64,000 nucleotides of DNA, from positions 7,580 through 71,579 of the forward strand of contig JAHLMO010000002.1 of the NCBI GenBank assembly GCA_018920305.1, in the 5' to 3' direction. The translations under genes and the position numbers were made by a program. The notes under the pieces are model-generated. The model worked only from the letters and a program-made list of their open reading frames with translations. It did not search any database and was not told where the DNA came from. Within the stretch, counting starts at the first letter, position 1; every line of letters begins with the position of its first letter. Shown here in pieces: positions 19,276 to 28,910 of this stretch. The DNA comes from Candidatus Aenigmatarchaeota archaeon. Lineage in GTDB: Archaea > Aenigmatarchaeota > Aenigmatarchaeia > CG10238-14 > SpSt-28.

Positions 19276-20631
19276 ATGGATTATGAAAAAATTTTTAGAG
19301 CTTATGATATAAGAGGAATTTATCCAAATGAAATTAACGAGAATTTTGCTTATGAATTAGGAAAAGCATTAGCAACGTTTTTCTCTGGAAAGAAAAGAAG
19401 AGTTGTGATAGGTAATGATGTGAGATTAAGTAGTGAAAGTCTAAAGAATTCTCTTATAAATGGATTAATAGAAAATGGATATAATGTATTTGATTTAGGA
19501 ATAGTTCCAACTCCAATAGTTGCATTTGCTACTAAATTATTAAAAGCAAAATTTGGAGTAACGGTTTCTGCATCTCACAACCCAAAGGAATGGAATGGTT
19601 TTATTATTAATGATTCGAATTGTTTAACTGTAGGTTTAAATTTTGGATTAGAAAAAATTAAAGAAATAATGCAAAATAAAAATTTTATAAATTCAAAAAG
19701 AAAAGGAAAAGTAGAAAAATTTAATATAGAGGGAGAGTATATAAACTTTTTAAAAAGTAAATTCAATTTTGAAAGTAACTTAAAGATAATAATAGATGCA
19801 GGTAATGGATCAGCTAGTGAATTGTTACCAAAAATATTAAAAATTTATAATAAAGGAAATAATATTGAATTATTTTGTAGATTTGATGGAAACTTTCCCA
19901 ATAGAGATCCTGAACCAAAAAAAGAAAATTTATCAAAGTTGATAGAAAAAGTTTTAATTGAAAAAGCCGATGTTGGATTTGCTTATGATGGTGATGCAGA
20001 TAGAGTTGTTATAATAGATGATAGGGGAGATGTTTTATTATCTCATCAAATTCTTTCTCTGTTATTACAATCGTACGGAGATAAAATTAAGAATAAAAAG
20101 GTTATTATAGATGTTTTAAGTTCTATAGCTGCTATTGAAGAAATAAAAAAATATAAAGCAAAACCTTTAATTACGAAAGTTGGTAGAAGTTACATTCAAA
20201 ATGAAATGTTTAAAAACAAGGCTTTTTTAGGTGCAGAAATTTCTTATCATTTTTACTTTAAGGAAGTCTTTTATCTAGATGATAGCATTTTTTTAACTTT
20301 AAAAATATTAGAATTTTTAACGAAAACTAATAAAAAAATTTCAGAATTAATAAGAGATGTTCCAACTTATTTCTACGAATCTAAAAGAATTGAAATTAAA
20401 GAGGAAATGAAATTTAAGTTTATTGAAATACTAAAAGACGAATTTAAAGAATATAGTATTGAAGAGTTAGACGGAATAAAAGTTTGGCTAGATAACGAAA
20501 GTTGGATTGCAATTAGAGCATCAAACACAGAGCCAAAAATTTCTATTACTTACGAATCAAAAAAAGAAAAAAGATTTGAAGAATTAAAACAAATATCAGA
20601 AAAATTAATAGAAAAAATTAAAAAATTATAG
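19276..20631 (+). CDS. Phosphoglucomutase/phosphomannomutase
   Basis: Active-site SASHNP; metal-binding DGDADR. Confidence 0.8.
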   Translation: MDYEKIFRAYDIRGIYPNEINENFAYELGKALATFFSGKKRRVVIGNDVRLSSESLKNSLINGLIENGYNVFDLGIVPTPIVAFATKLLKAKFGVTVSASHNPKEWNGFIINDSNCLTVGLNFGLEKIKEIMQNKNFINSKRKGKVEKFNIEGEYINFLKSKFNFESNLKIIIDAGNGSASELLPKILKIYNKGNNIELFCRFDGNFPNRDPEPKKENLSKLIEKVLIEKADVGFAYDGDADRVVIIDDRGDVLLSHQILSLLLQSYGDKIKNKKVIIDVLSSIAAIEEIKKYKAKPLITKVGRSYIQNEMFKNKAFLGAEISYHFYFKEVFYLDDSIFLTLKILEFLTKTNKKISELIRDVPTYFYESKRIEIKEEMKFKFIEILKDEFKEYSIEELDGIKVWLDNESWIAIRASNTEPKISITYESKKEKRFEELKQISEKLIEKIKKL

Positions 20632-20872
20632 AGAATTTTATAAGAAGTTGGTCAAAGACTTAATTTAGAAAGATTTTAATGGATTTAGCAATTTATTCTA
20701 CTATCTTAGACATTCTCATATTTTTAGGAACTCTACTATCAGTCATATTTAAAATAATCTTTTTATGGTTTTATGTTAAGATAAGCAATGTGTGTTCGAA
20801 TTTAGAATTTAGAATTTTTTATAAGAAAAAATTTTGAGATAAAATCTTTCAAATTTTCTATAGTTATGTGAT

Positions 20873-20946
20873 TGGGCGGGGGGAGATTTGAACTCCCGAC
20901 CTCCCGGTTATCAGCCGGGCGCTCCACCAGGCTAAGCTACCCGCCC
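20873..20946 (-). tRNA. tRNA-Ile (anticodon GAU)
   Basis: GGGCGGGTAGCTTAGCCTGGTGGAGCGCCCGGCTGATAACCGGGAGGTCGGGAGTTCAAATCTCCCCCCGCCCA folds as a cloverleaf. Confidence 0.85.
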
Positions 20947-20959
20947 ATATATAAATAAT

Positions 20960-21454
20960 TTAAATATTCTCTATAATTTTTAAAATTTTTTGGAATGTTT
21001 CATTCCACTTTTCTTTTTCTAACCAATAGACTATACCAAATCTAGAAAACTTATTTATGTATGCTCTATGCAAGGTTGCTATTATATTTATTTCTATTTC
21101 CATTATTTTTTCGATAAACTTCTTAAATCTTTCACTTAGCATTTCCATTTTTCCAATTTCATCGATTAAAATTAGTTTTGAATTTAGATTAATAAACTCA
21201 ATAACTTTGTCCAAATTTTCTAAAAATAAATAATAGCCTGCATACTCTAAACTACTTTTTATTTCCTTTGAGGCAAAAATAACTTTTTGATTTAAATCTA
21301 TCGAATAAATTTCAAAACCAATTCTTCTATTATTTTTTAAAATTTCCTCTGTATAAAATCCACTAATAGATATTTTATTTCTGTATAATTCATAAATCTT
21401 TTTAATTAAAGTAGTTTTTCCACATCTTGGCAAACCACTAATAAAAATTTTCAT
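20960..21454 (-). CDS. Nucleoside-triphosphatase THEP1-like (MJ1559 family)
   Basis: Walker A GLPRCGKTT; Walker B LILIDEIG; 164 aa. Confidence 0.7.
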   Translation of the reverse strand: MKIFISGLPRCGKTTLIKKIYELYRNKISISGFYTEEILKNNRRIGFEIYSIDLNQKVIFASKEIKSSLEYAGYYLFLENLDKVIEFINLNSKLILIDEIGKMEMLSERFKKFIEKIMEIEINIIATLHRAYINKFSRFGIVYWLEKEKWNETFQKILKIIENI

Positions 21455-21915
21455 TATATCATTCTTTTAAGTAAATTATTGATTTCCTTTCCTATATATC
21501 CTAAAATTCCTTCTGGATATTCTAATTTTTTAGTTTTCTTAAAACCACCTTTTGGTGGATGTAATCTAAAAACTCTCTTAAATTCTGAAAAATCTTTTAA
21601 CTTCTTTTTACCTTCGTATAATAAATCGGCTAATTCTTCAAATGAACTAATTCCATATTTTTTTAAATCTTCTATTTCAACTTTTTTATCTCCAATTTTT
21701 CTTAATCTCTTTTTTAATAATAATACCAATACATCTTTATCAATCTCTCCATAGCATATATAATTTTTTACTTTCTTTAACATTCCTAAAGTTGATTTGT
21801 TAGGTTCTAATAAAACGCAATTGTAAATATATCTTAGATTAAGAAGCATTAAAGTATCCTTAACTTCTCTAGGTGCTTTAATTCCACTTCTTAATCTTAT
21901 AGCTGCTATTAACAT
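21454..21915 (-). CDS. rpl30p: 50S ribosomal protein L30 (uL30)
   Basis: IRLRSG..V.DTL.LL.L...N..V..P...GML.KV..Y...GE and FRLHPPKGG match archaeal L30. Confidence 0.8.
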   Translation of the reverse strand: MLIAAIRLRSGIKAPREVKDTLMLLNLRYIYNCVLLEPNKSTLGMLKKVKNYICYGEIDKDVLVLLLKKRLRKIGDKKVEIEDLKKYGISSFEELADLLYEGKKKLKDFSEFKRVFRLHPPKGGFKKTKKLEYPEGILGYIGKEINNLLKRMI

Positions 21916-21939
21916 AGTAAATATTTTAATTAATAAAAT

Positions 21940-23760
21940 TTAAATTCTTTCAACTTTTTCAATTCCTAATATATCAAAAGCGTTTTCTAAAATATTTTTT
22001 GTTATTAATAGAAGGACTTTTCTTAATTCTTTTTTATCTTTATCTTTTTCATCTATTATTCTACATTTTTCATAAAAAACATTAAATTTTTTTGATAACT
22101 CGTAAATATAATTTGCAAGTTGATTAATTTCTAATGTTTTAGCTACAGAATTTATAACACTATCGAACTTTAATATTTCTTTTGCCAAATTTTTTTCTTC
22201 TTCGTTCAATTCACAATCAAAATCATTGACTTTTAATTCGCCAATCTTCTCTAAATTTCTTACTATAGAATTTATTCTTGCATAAGTATACATCAAATAT
22301 AAGGCAGTATTTCCGTCTAATCTTAACGCTTCGTCAAAATCAAAGATTAAATCTTTATTTTTATCTAGCTTCACCATTTCATACCTTAAACAACTTTTTA
22401 CTATTTTTTTAACTAATTCATCATCTTTTATATTTCTTTTTTCTAGAGTTTCTCTAACTTTTTCTTCAAATTTTTTTATTAAATCATCAACATTAACTAC
22501 TAAACCTTTTCTCCCACTCATCTTTAAAAAATCTTTTTCAACTTCTATTCCTAAACTATTGGCTACTTTTTTTGAAATAAAAACTAATCCGTACGAATAA
22601 TAAATGTACTTTTTGTTTGTTAATTCTTTTATTAAATTTTCTATTACGTATTGATTTTCAGATTGTTCTCTTCCAATTACATTTATTGACATATCAAAAT
22701 TTTCAAAATCTTTAATTTCTCTGCCGAATTTATCTGTTTGATATAATTCTTTTCCATTTGGTTGTTTTAATAAGAACGAAAATAAGAAACTTTTCGATAA
22801 TAAGCTATGCTTCCAAAAAGCATATGCGATATCTTTAGCTAAATAAGTTAATGTTCCATCACTTTTAATTAAAACTAAATTAGTATTTTTTGATTTTATT
22901 ACATACGTTCCCACTTTTCTTTTAGTAATAGAAGAAGAATATTCATCCAGTTTATCAACTTCTTCTCCATTTTCAACAAACTCTATTTTATTTAATTTTT
23001 TTAATTTTTCAAAGGTTTCTTCCCATAAACCAAAACTTAGTATATCACTTTCCTTGTTTATAAAATCGAAATAAATGTCGAAATACCATAAAGTTTGTAG
23101 CTGAGCTTCTATTACTTTTTTAACAATTTGCTTATTTAATTCTGAAGTAAATGAATTTTCTATTTCTAATTCTTTAACAATAATATTTTTTAATTTTCTT
23201 AAATTCTCATCATTTTCTAAAAGTTTATTTACTTGTGTATATAATTTACTACAATATAGATCAAATTTTTCGTTCGTGTTAATATCTTTATTAAGATATT
23301 TGAATGCTATTAATAATTCAGCCATTTGAGCACCAGTATCATCTACATAATTTGCTACAAAAACTTTATTTCCTAATTTTTTCAAAAATCTATATAAACA
23401 ATCACCTATGCAGGAATTTCTTAAATGTCCTATGTGTAGCGCTTTATTTGGATTTGCACTAGTATGTTCTATTAGTATTTTATTTGCAATAATTTTTTCT
23501 TCAATTATTTTATCATTTAGAAACTTTACTAACAATTTTGGCCAATTCAAGAAAATATTAAAAAAATCATTAACCTTATCGAAAGATTTTATAAAATTAG
23601 AGCTTTTTATGAGTTTTAGAAGTTCATTTTCGAAAATTTGCTTTTCTACTTTATATTTTTTTGAAAGTTTATTTACGTTAAAACAGATATCTCCATATTT
23701 TTCTTTTATTTCAATGTCTTCGTAGCTTATTTTTAAATCTTCTAATATATATCTTAGCAT
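21940..23760 (-). CDS. argS: Arginine--tRNA ligase
   Basis: Class I HIGH (NPNKALHIGHLRN); ArgRS architecture; 606 aa. Confidence 0.9.
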   Translation of the reverse strand: MLRYILEDLKISYEDIEIKEKYGDICFNVNKLSKKYKVEKQIFENELLKLIKSSNFIKSFDKVNDFFNIFLNWPKLLVKFLNDKIIEEKIIANKILIEHTSANPNKALHIGHLRNSCIGDCLYRFLKKLGNKVFVANYVDDTGAQMAELLIAFKYLNKDINTNEKFDLYCSKLYTQVNKLLENDENLRKLKNIIVKELEIENSFTSELNKQIVKKVIEAQLQTLWYFDIYFDFINKESDILSFGLWEETFEKLKKLNKIEFVENGEEVDKLDEYSSSITKRKVGTYVIKSKNTNLVLIKSDGTLTYLAKDIAYAFWKHSLLSKSFLFSFLLKQPNGKELYQTDKFGREIKDFENFDMSINVIGREQSENQYVIENLIKELTNKKYIYYSYGLVFISKKVANSLGIEVEKDFLKMSGRKGLVVNVDDLIKKFEEKVRETLEKRNIKDDELVKKIVKSCLRYEMVKLDKNKDLIFDFDEALRLDGNTALYLMYTYARINSIVRNLEKIGELKVNDFDCELNEEEKNLAKEILKFDSVINSVAKTLEINQLANYIYELSKKFNVFYEKCRIIDEKDKDKKELRKVLLLITKNILENAFDILGIEKVERI

Positions 23761-23770
23761 AAATTTAATA

Positions 23771-24577
23771 ATGGATATTTTTGATATATTGAAATTAATA
23801 GTTACAAAAATATTTTTTACGAAAGCAAGTATTGACGATATTAGAACTACAGAAATAAGAGATATAGAAGTTTATTTCTTTATTTCTTTATTAGTGATTC
23901 TAAATTTAATTCAAATTCTTTATTATAAAGATTTCAATATTCTTTATAGTCTTTTAATTAATTTAGCTATTTTTGGTTTTTTTGGTTTTTTTCTATATTT
24001 TAGTGGTCAATGGGGCTTAGGGGACTCTTTTTTACTATTATCTCTAGGATTACTAAATATTTTTAAAAATATTTTCGAGATTCTTAATTGGTTGTTAATA
24101 ACTTTTTCGGTTGGAGTTTTTTTTATATTTTTCTATTCGGTCCTTTTTGTATTTTTATTAAAAAAATATGAAAAATTAAATTTATTCTCGAAAATTTCTC
24201 TTTTCATTTCTCTCTTCTTTTCATTTCTATCCCTATACTTTTTGTTTAATAAAATGACCTTTAACTTTTTAATATCCTTTTTAATTCTTCTTTACGTTTC
24301 AATACCTTTTTTAAAAAGTGTAAAAGATTTGATGATTAAAAGAATTTCAATAAATAAATTAAAAGAGGGAGATGTTTTGCTAGACTTTAAAGTTTGGAGA
24401 GGAATAACTAAGAAAGAAATTGAAGAGTTGAAAAGAAAGAAGATAAAATATGTTTATATTAAAGAAGGTGTAAGATATGCTCCTACATTTTTATTTACTT
24501 TAATTTTAATAGTTTTAGAAAAAATTTTTGGAATTGTTATTTTTGATTTCTTTCCGAAAGATTTCTTTCTAATTTAA
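23771..24577 (+). CDS. Polytopic membrane protein, possibly A24-type prepilin/preflagellin peptidase-like
   Basis: Multiple TM helices; GQWGLGDSFLL motif reminiscent of the A24 peptidase Asp box. Confidence 0.3.
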   Translation: MDIFDILKLIVTKIFFTKASIDDIRTTEIRDIEVYFFISLLVILNLIQILYYKDFNILYSLLINLAIFGFFGFFLYFSGQWGLGDSFLLLSLGLLNIFKNIFEILNWLLITFSVGVFFIFFYSVLFVFLLKKYEKLNLFSKISLFISLFFSFLSLYFLFNKMTFNFLISFLILLYVSIPFLKSVKDLMIKRISINKLKEGDVLLDFKVWRGITKKEIEELKRKKIKYVYIKEGVRYAPTFLFTLILIVLEKIFGIVIFDFFPKDFFLI

Positions 24578-24788
24578 TAGCTTCATTAATTAGTTTTAAA
24601 ATCGAGGTGCAACTAGCTAATATGTGAGAAAAATTATTGTCTTCTATTTCAAATACTATTTTACTGCTAATTAAATTTATTTTTTCTTTTTCCTTTTTTA
24701 TATCTGGAGCTAAAGATTCAAATATTTTTTTAGCTATTTCTTCGTTTTTCAAATCTAATTCCATTTTTAAATTCATAATAATTTTCAA
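24537..24788 (-). CDS. Possible KEOPS subunit Pcc1-like
   Basis: 83 aa; pattern E.A..I..SL.PD...........V..E.....I......S.L...I...L resembles Pcc1. Confidence 0.35.
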   Translation of the reverse strand: MKIIMNLKMELDLKNEEIAKKIFESLAPDIKKEKEKINLISSKIVFEIEDNNFSHILASCTSILKLINEAIKLERNLSERNQK

Positions 24789-24803
24789 TAGATTTAAAAA
24801 ATT

Positions 24804-25667
24804 ATGCCAGCAAATTTACCTGCTGAGTGGTATGCGACAGAAAGAAAATATTTAGAGGCTAAAACTTTGGAAGAAAAAATTTTTTGGTTAGAAAAATTAA
24901 TTTCTATAACACCTAAGCATAAAGGAACTGAAAATTTATTAGCAGATTTAAGAAAAAGGTTATCAAAATTAAGATCTTTATTAGAAAAGAAAAGTAAAAA
25001 AGTAGGAGGATATACTTATTTCAAAAAAGTAGGGAGTGTTTTAATAAACCTTTTAGGCGTTGCAAATTCTGGAAAAAGTTATTGGATAAATAAGTTATGT
25101 AATACTAATTTAGAGAGTAGCGAAAAGGAATATGAAACAAAAGAACCAAAAAGTGGAATATATGTTTTCGAAGGAATAGAGTTTCAATTAGTAGAAATTC
25201 CATCATTTTTTCTTCCAAAGCATATGTGGATCGCGAGAATTTCGGATGCGAATGTATTTTTGATAAATAATCTATTAGATATAGACTTCCAGATTAAAAC
25301 ATATGAAAATATTATAAGGGATTTTAAACTTCAAAATGTTTATTTTGTTTTAAATAATGTAAAAAATTCAGAAGATTCAAACTTTTTTAAGTATTCTATG
25401 TTAAATTATGAAAAGTTATTTATAGATATTTGGAATTCCTTAAATAAAATTAGAATATTTACAAAACCACCAGGAAAAGAGATAAGTCAAAGAGCATTAA
25501 TTTTGAATAAAAACTCTACTGTTTTAGATGCTATAAATGAAATTGACGAAAGATTGAAAGAAAATTTCAAATTCTGTATTGTTATTAGAAATGGAAAAGA
25601 AATAAGAGCTGGGTTAAATTTCGTATTAGAAGATAAAGATATAATTGAAATAAGAACAAAGATTTAA
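24804..25667 (+). CDS. DRG/Obg-family GTPase-like protein with C-terminal TGS domain. The G domain is degenerate.
   Basis: N-terminal DRG-like helix (KHKGTENLLADLRKRLSKLR); G1 GVANSGKS; TGS domain at C-terminus. The DxxG (G3) position reads EIPS. Confidence 0.5.
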   Translation: MPANLPAEWYATERKYLEAKTLEEKIFWLEKLISITPKHKGTENLLADLRKRLSKLRSLLEKKSKKVGGYTYFKKVGSVLINLLGVANSGKSYWINKLCNTNLESSEKEYETKEPKSGIYVFEGIEFQLVEIPSFFLPKHMWIARISDANVFLINNLLDIDFQIKTYENIIRDFKLQNVYFVLNNVKNSEDSNFFKYSMLNYEKLFIDIWNSLNKIRIFTKPPGKEISQRALILNKNSTVLDAINEIDERLKENFKFCIVIRNGKEIRAGLNFVLEDKDIIEIRTKI

Positions 25668-25716
25668 AGTATAAAAATTTCTCAAGATGAATTTTAGTTA
25701 TCTTTATATGTAAGAA

Positions 25717-25824
25717 TGGGCCGGGCGGGATTTGAACCCGCGACCTACGGGTTTCTTCATTATTCAGAGCTTTTAGTGTATTAAACTAAAAGCCCGCCGC
25801 TCTACCATGCTGAGCTACCGGCCC
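25717..25824 (-). tRNA. tRNA-Lys (anticodon UUU) with a ~34-nt intron at the canonical 37/38 position (approx. 25753..25786)
   Basis: GGGCCGGTAGCTCAGCATGGTAGAGCGGCGGG-CTTTTA-[intron]-A-CCCGTAGGTCGCGGGTTCAAATCCCGCCCGGCCCA. Exons resemble archaeal tRNA-Lys. Confidence 0.75.
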
Positions 25825-25868
25825 TGGTTAGTATAAAAAATAAAATTATTTTTAATAAAATAATAAAT

Positions 25869-26567
25869 TTATTCAAGCTTTATACCATCTAAACTATAAA
25901 TTTCAATATTTTCTATATCAACTAACTTTTTAATAATATTACTAGATTTAATAACTTCTTCAATTTCTTTTCCAGCTAATAGGGGAGAAAAAGGCGGAAT
26001 TATTATTAATTTTTTGTTTTTTCCAAATTCTTTTTTTAATCTAAATATAGAAAAAATTCTAAGTTCGTATATTTTTTTATCCTTAGGTAAAAGATATTTA
26101 GAATGGGCATGAGAGCAAAAAATTATTTTAGATTTTAACACATTACTTATTGGATAGGAATTTCCATGAAAAAATCCATATTTTAATAGCGAAAATCCTC
26201 TTGAAGAATAAATATTTATTTTTTCATCTTTTATAATCTTTTCTATTAATCCATCATGATTCCCCTTGACTACATAAATTTTTTCGAATTTTTCTTTTAA
26301 AAAATCAAAAAAATCCTTTAACTTTTCTATTTCCTTTTTATTTGTAGGTAATCCTATTGAATGTTTTGTATCTCCCAATAAAATTATGTTTTTAGCTTTA
26401 GTTTTATTTCTACAAAATTCTATATCCTCTTTTATTTTTTCTGTATATGCTACGTTTATTCCTTGATTTTTTAATTCAAATTCATAACCTATATGCAAAT
26501 CTCCTATAACTAAAGAAGAAATTTCTTTTAGAAAGACGCATGCATAATTTTTTATGAATTTCATCAT
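25869..26567 (-). CDS. Calcineurin-like metallophosphoesterase. Overlaps the rad50 stop by 4 nt, so co-operonic.
   Basis: GDLHIG, GDTKHS, GNHD, GHAHS motifs. Confidence 0.6.
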   Translation of the reverse strand: MMKFIKNYACVFLKEISSLVIGDLHIGYEFELKNQGINVAYTEKIKEDIEFCRNKTKAKNIILLGDTKHSIGLPTNKKEIEKLKDFFDFLKEKFEKIYVVKGNHDGLIEKIIKDEKINIYSSRGFSLLKYGFFHGNSYPISNVLKSKIIFCSHAHSKYLLPKDKKIYELRIFSIFRLKKEFGKNKKLIIIPPFSPLLAGKEIEEVIKSSNIIKKLVDIENIEIYSLDGIKLE

Positions 26568-28909
26568 TCAATTATAACTTTTGAAGGCAGATCTTCGAAC
26601 TTGTTTCTTTCTACTCTAATTATATTTGCGTTAATTATACTTTTAAATCTTTCGTCATGAGTTATAATAAATACTTGATCAAAAATTTCTGAGAAATTTT
26701 CGTTTATTATTCTAGCAAATTGTGTTATTGCTTCTTCATCTAAATTATGTGTAGGTTCGTCAAATATTATAATATTTAAAATTGGCGATAAAACTTTTGA
26801 AAAAGCTATTCTTAAACAAATAGCCGCTAAAGTTCTTTCGCCACCTGAAGCAACTTTATCTAATTCTATCCATCTTCCCAAAGAATCTTTTATTTGTAAA
26901 ATATAATCATCTTCAGTAGCTATAAATCTTGCATCTATATAATCTCTATATGGATAAATTTTTTTCCAATATAAAGAAAGATAATAATTTATTGCATCTA
27001 ATAATTTATTTCTAACTATTAGCTGAGCCTCTTTAGTAGAAATTTCTAAAATATTTAAATCTTTTATAACTCTCTCTAAATAATTCTTTTCAGATTTTAT
27101 TCTTTCTCTAAGAGAAATTCTATCTTCAATTTCTTTTTTTCTTTGTAATAGAACATTAAGCAATTTTTTATTATTTTCAATTTCTAATTTGGTATTTTCA
27201 AATTTTAACTCATATTCTTTTAAAACATTTTCGTAATTTTTTAAATTTTTATATTCTTCTATTTCAATTAAATTTTTTAACCTATTTCTTAAATGTTCCA
27301 AATCATTTTCTAAAATCTCCAACTCTTTTTTTAGCTTATTTACCTTTTCAAATTTCTCTAAGTTATATTCTATTTCTTTTTTAGCTACTTCTTTCTTATG
27401 TTTTTCGTCTTTTGTTTTTTCAAACTCTTCTTTAATAGTTTTTATTTTATCTTCTTTTTCTAAAATTTCTTTTTCTAAATTTTCAATTAAATTATAATTG
27501 ATATTACTTAAGGTTTCTAATTCTTTTTCTAAATTTTTCTTCTCAGAAAACTTTAATAAAATATTTCTTTTTTCTTCTTCGATACTTTTTATTTCGTTCT
27601 TTATTTTTTCAATCTCATCTTTAATTTTGCTAAGTTCTTTTAATAAGTTTTCTATAAGATTTTTATGCTTTTCTCTCAATAAATCTTTTTTGTCTTTATC
27701 TATTTCTCTTTCACAAATTGGACATATACTAAATTCTTCTTCTAAAATATCGACTAATTTTTCCTCTTTTTTTATTTCATTTTCAATTTCTTTCTGTTTA
27801 TCTAAAATTTTTTCTAACATTTCTTTCTTTTCTTTCTCTCTTTTTTCTATTTCGTTGAGTAAGATTTCTATATTATTAAACTCTAGGAGTTTTTTTTCTA
27901 TTTTTTCCTTTCTCTCAAATTTTTGTTTTATAACTACTAAGCTTCTATATTTTTCTTCCTTTTCTCTCTCTAGTTTATTTAAATCTTCTTCTAATTTTAA
28001 TAGTTTTTTTTCTATTTCTATTAGATAAATTTTAATTTTGTCTATTTCTTTTTCTAAATCTTCTTTGTTAAAGTATTTTATTTCTTTTAACAATTCTTCT
28101 ATTAAATTACTTATCTTATCAATTTTAGCTTTTTTATCTATAATCTCTTTTTCTAAATTGTTAATTTCTTTTTCTATATTTTTGCCGATTTCAACTTTTT
28201 TCCTTAATTCATTTATGGTATTTTCTAAATCAACTTTAATTTTTTCCAGTTCTTTATTTTTTTCTTCTATTTTTTCTATTTCGTTTTTTATTTCTTCTAT
28301 TTTTTTATCCAAATTTTCAGAGATAAGCTGAGATAAAAATCTTTCCTTCTCTCTATGAATATCTATTAATCTATTTTTTACACTTACGCATGTTTTTCTA
28401 ATTCTTTCTAACTTTTCAACTCCAATCATTTCATCAAATCTTGCTTTTCTTTCTCCTCTTTCCAAATTCAGAAAAAATTCTAATTTATTTTGCTCAGCGT
28501 AAATAACATTAATAAATGTTTGAAAATCAATTTTCAATAATTTTTGTAAAAATTCATTAACATCTGTTGTTCCTGACCTTATAATTTTATTATCTTCTTT
28601 TAGTTCGGAATAACTTCCCTTATTTTTTTCAATTATTCTAATTATTTCATAATTTTTTTCATTAAGTGAGAAATTTAGAACAATTTTTGCAAAATCTTTT
28701 TCTTTTGGTTTTTTCATTATTATGTCTTCTAATTTTATCTTTCTTGAATTTAAATCGGAAAAGTTTCCTAATAAGGCATAGGAAATTGCATCTGTAATAG
28801 AAGTTTTTCCGCTTCCTAATCTTCCAATAATTAAATTAATCTTTCCTAATTCAATTACTGATTTTTCGTGCGATTTCCAATTTTCTAAATAAATTTTTTT
28901 AATCATCAA
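26564..28909 (-). CDS. rad50: DNA double-strand break repair ATPase Rad50
   Basis: N-terminal Walker A GRLGSGKTS; central zinc hook CPIC; long coiled coils; C-terminal signature/Walker B; adjacent to mre11. Confidence 0.85.
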   Translation of the reverse strand: MMIKKIYLENWKSHEKSVIELGKINLIIGRLGSGKTSITDAISYALLGNFSDLNSRKIKLEDIIMKKPKEKDFAKIVLNFSLNEKNYEIIRIIEKNKGSYSELKEDNKIIRSGTTDVNEFLQKLLKIDFQTFINVIYAEQNKLEFFLNLERGERKARFDEMIGVEKLERIRKTCVSVKNRLIDIHREKERFLSQLISENLDKKIEEIKNEIEKIEEKNKELEKIKVDLENTINELRKKVEIGKNIEKEINNLEKEIIDKKAKIDKISNLIEELLKEIKYFNKEDLEKEIDKIKIYLIEIEKKLLKLEEDLNKLEREKEEKYRSLVVIKQKFERKEKIEKKLLEFNNIEILLNEIEKREKEKKEMLEKILDKQKEIENEIKKEEKLVDILEEEFSICPICEREIDKDKKDLLREKHKNLIENLLKELSKIKDEIEKIKNEIKSIEEEKRNILLKFSEKKNLEKELETLSNINYNLIENLEKEILEKEDKIKTIKEEFEKTKDEKHKKEVAKKEIEYNLEKFEKVNKLKKELEILENDLEHLRNRLKNLIEIEEYKNLKNYENVLKEYELKFENTKLEIENNKKLLNVLLQRKKEIEDRISLRERIKSEKNYLERVIKDLNILEISTKEAQLIVRNKLLDAINYYLSLYWKKIYPYRDYIDARFIATEDDYILQIKDSLGRWIELDKVASGGERTLAAICLRIAFSKVLSPILNIIIFDEPTHNLDEEAITQFARIINENFSEIFDQVFIITHDERFKSIINANIIRVERNKFEDLPSKVIIE

Positions 28910-28910
28910 T

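Noticed and set aside
20690-20850. Short tandem gaatttagaatttaga repeat and a 52-aa hydrophobic ORF upstream of tRNA-Ile(GAU)
   Set aside because: Only ~2 repeat units are present, and the small ORF lacks any supporting signal. It is likely promoter or leader sequence.
27498-28331. Plus-strand ORFs (176 aa and 97 aa) inside rad50, rich in S/F/I/L
   Set aside because: They are antisense to the Lys/Glu-rich coiled-coil coding region of rad50. The low-complexity translations arise from AAG/GAA-rich DNA, with no independent support.
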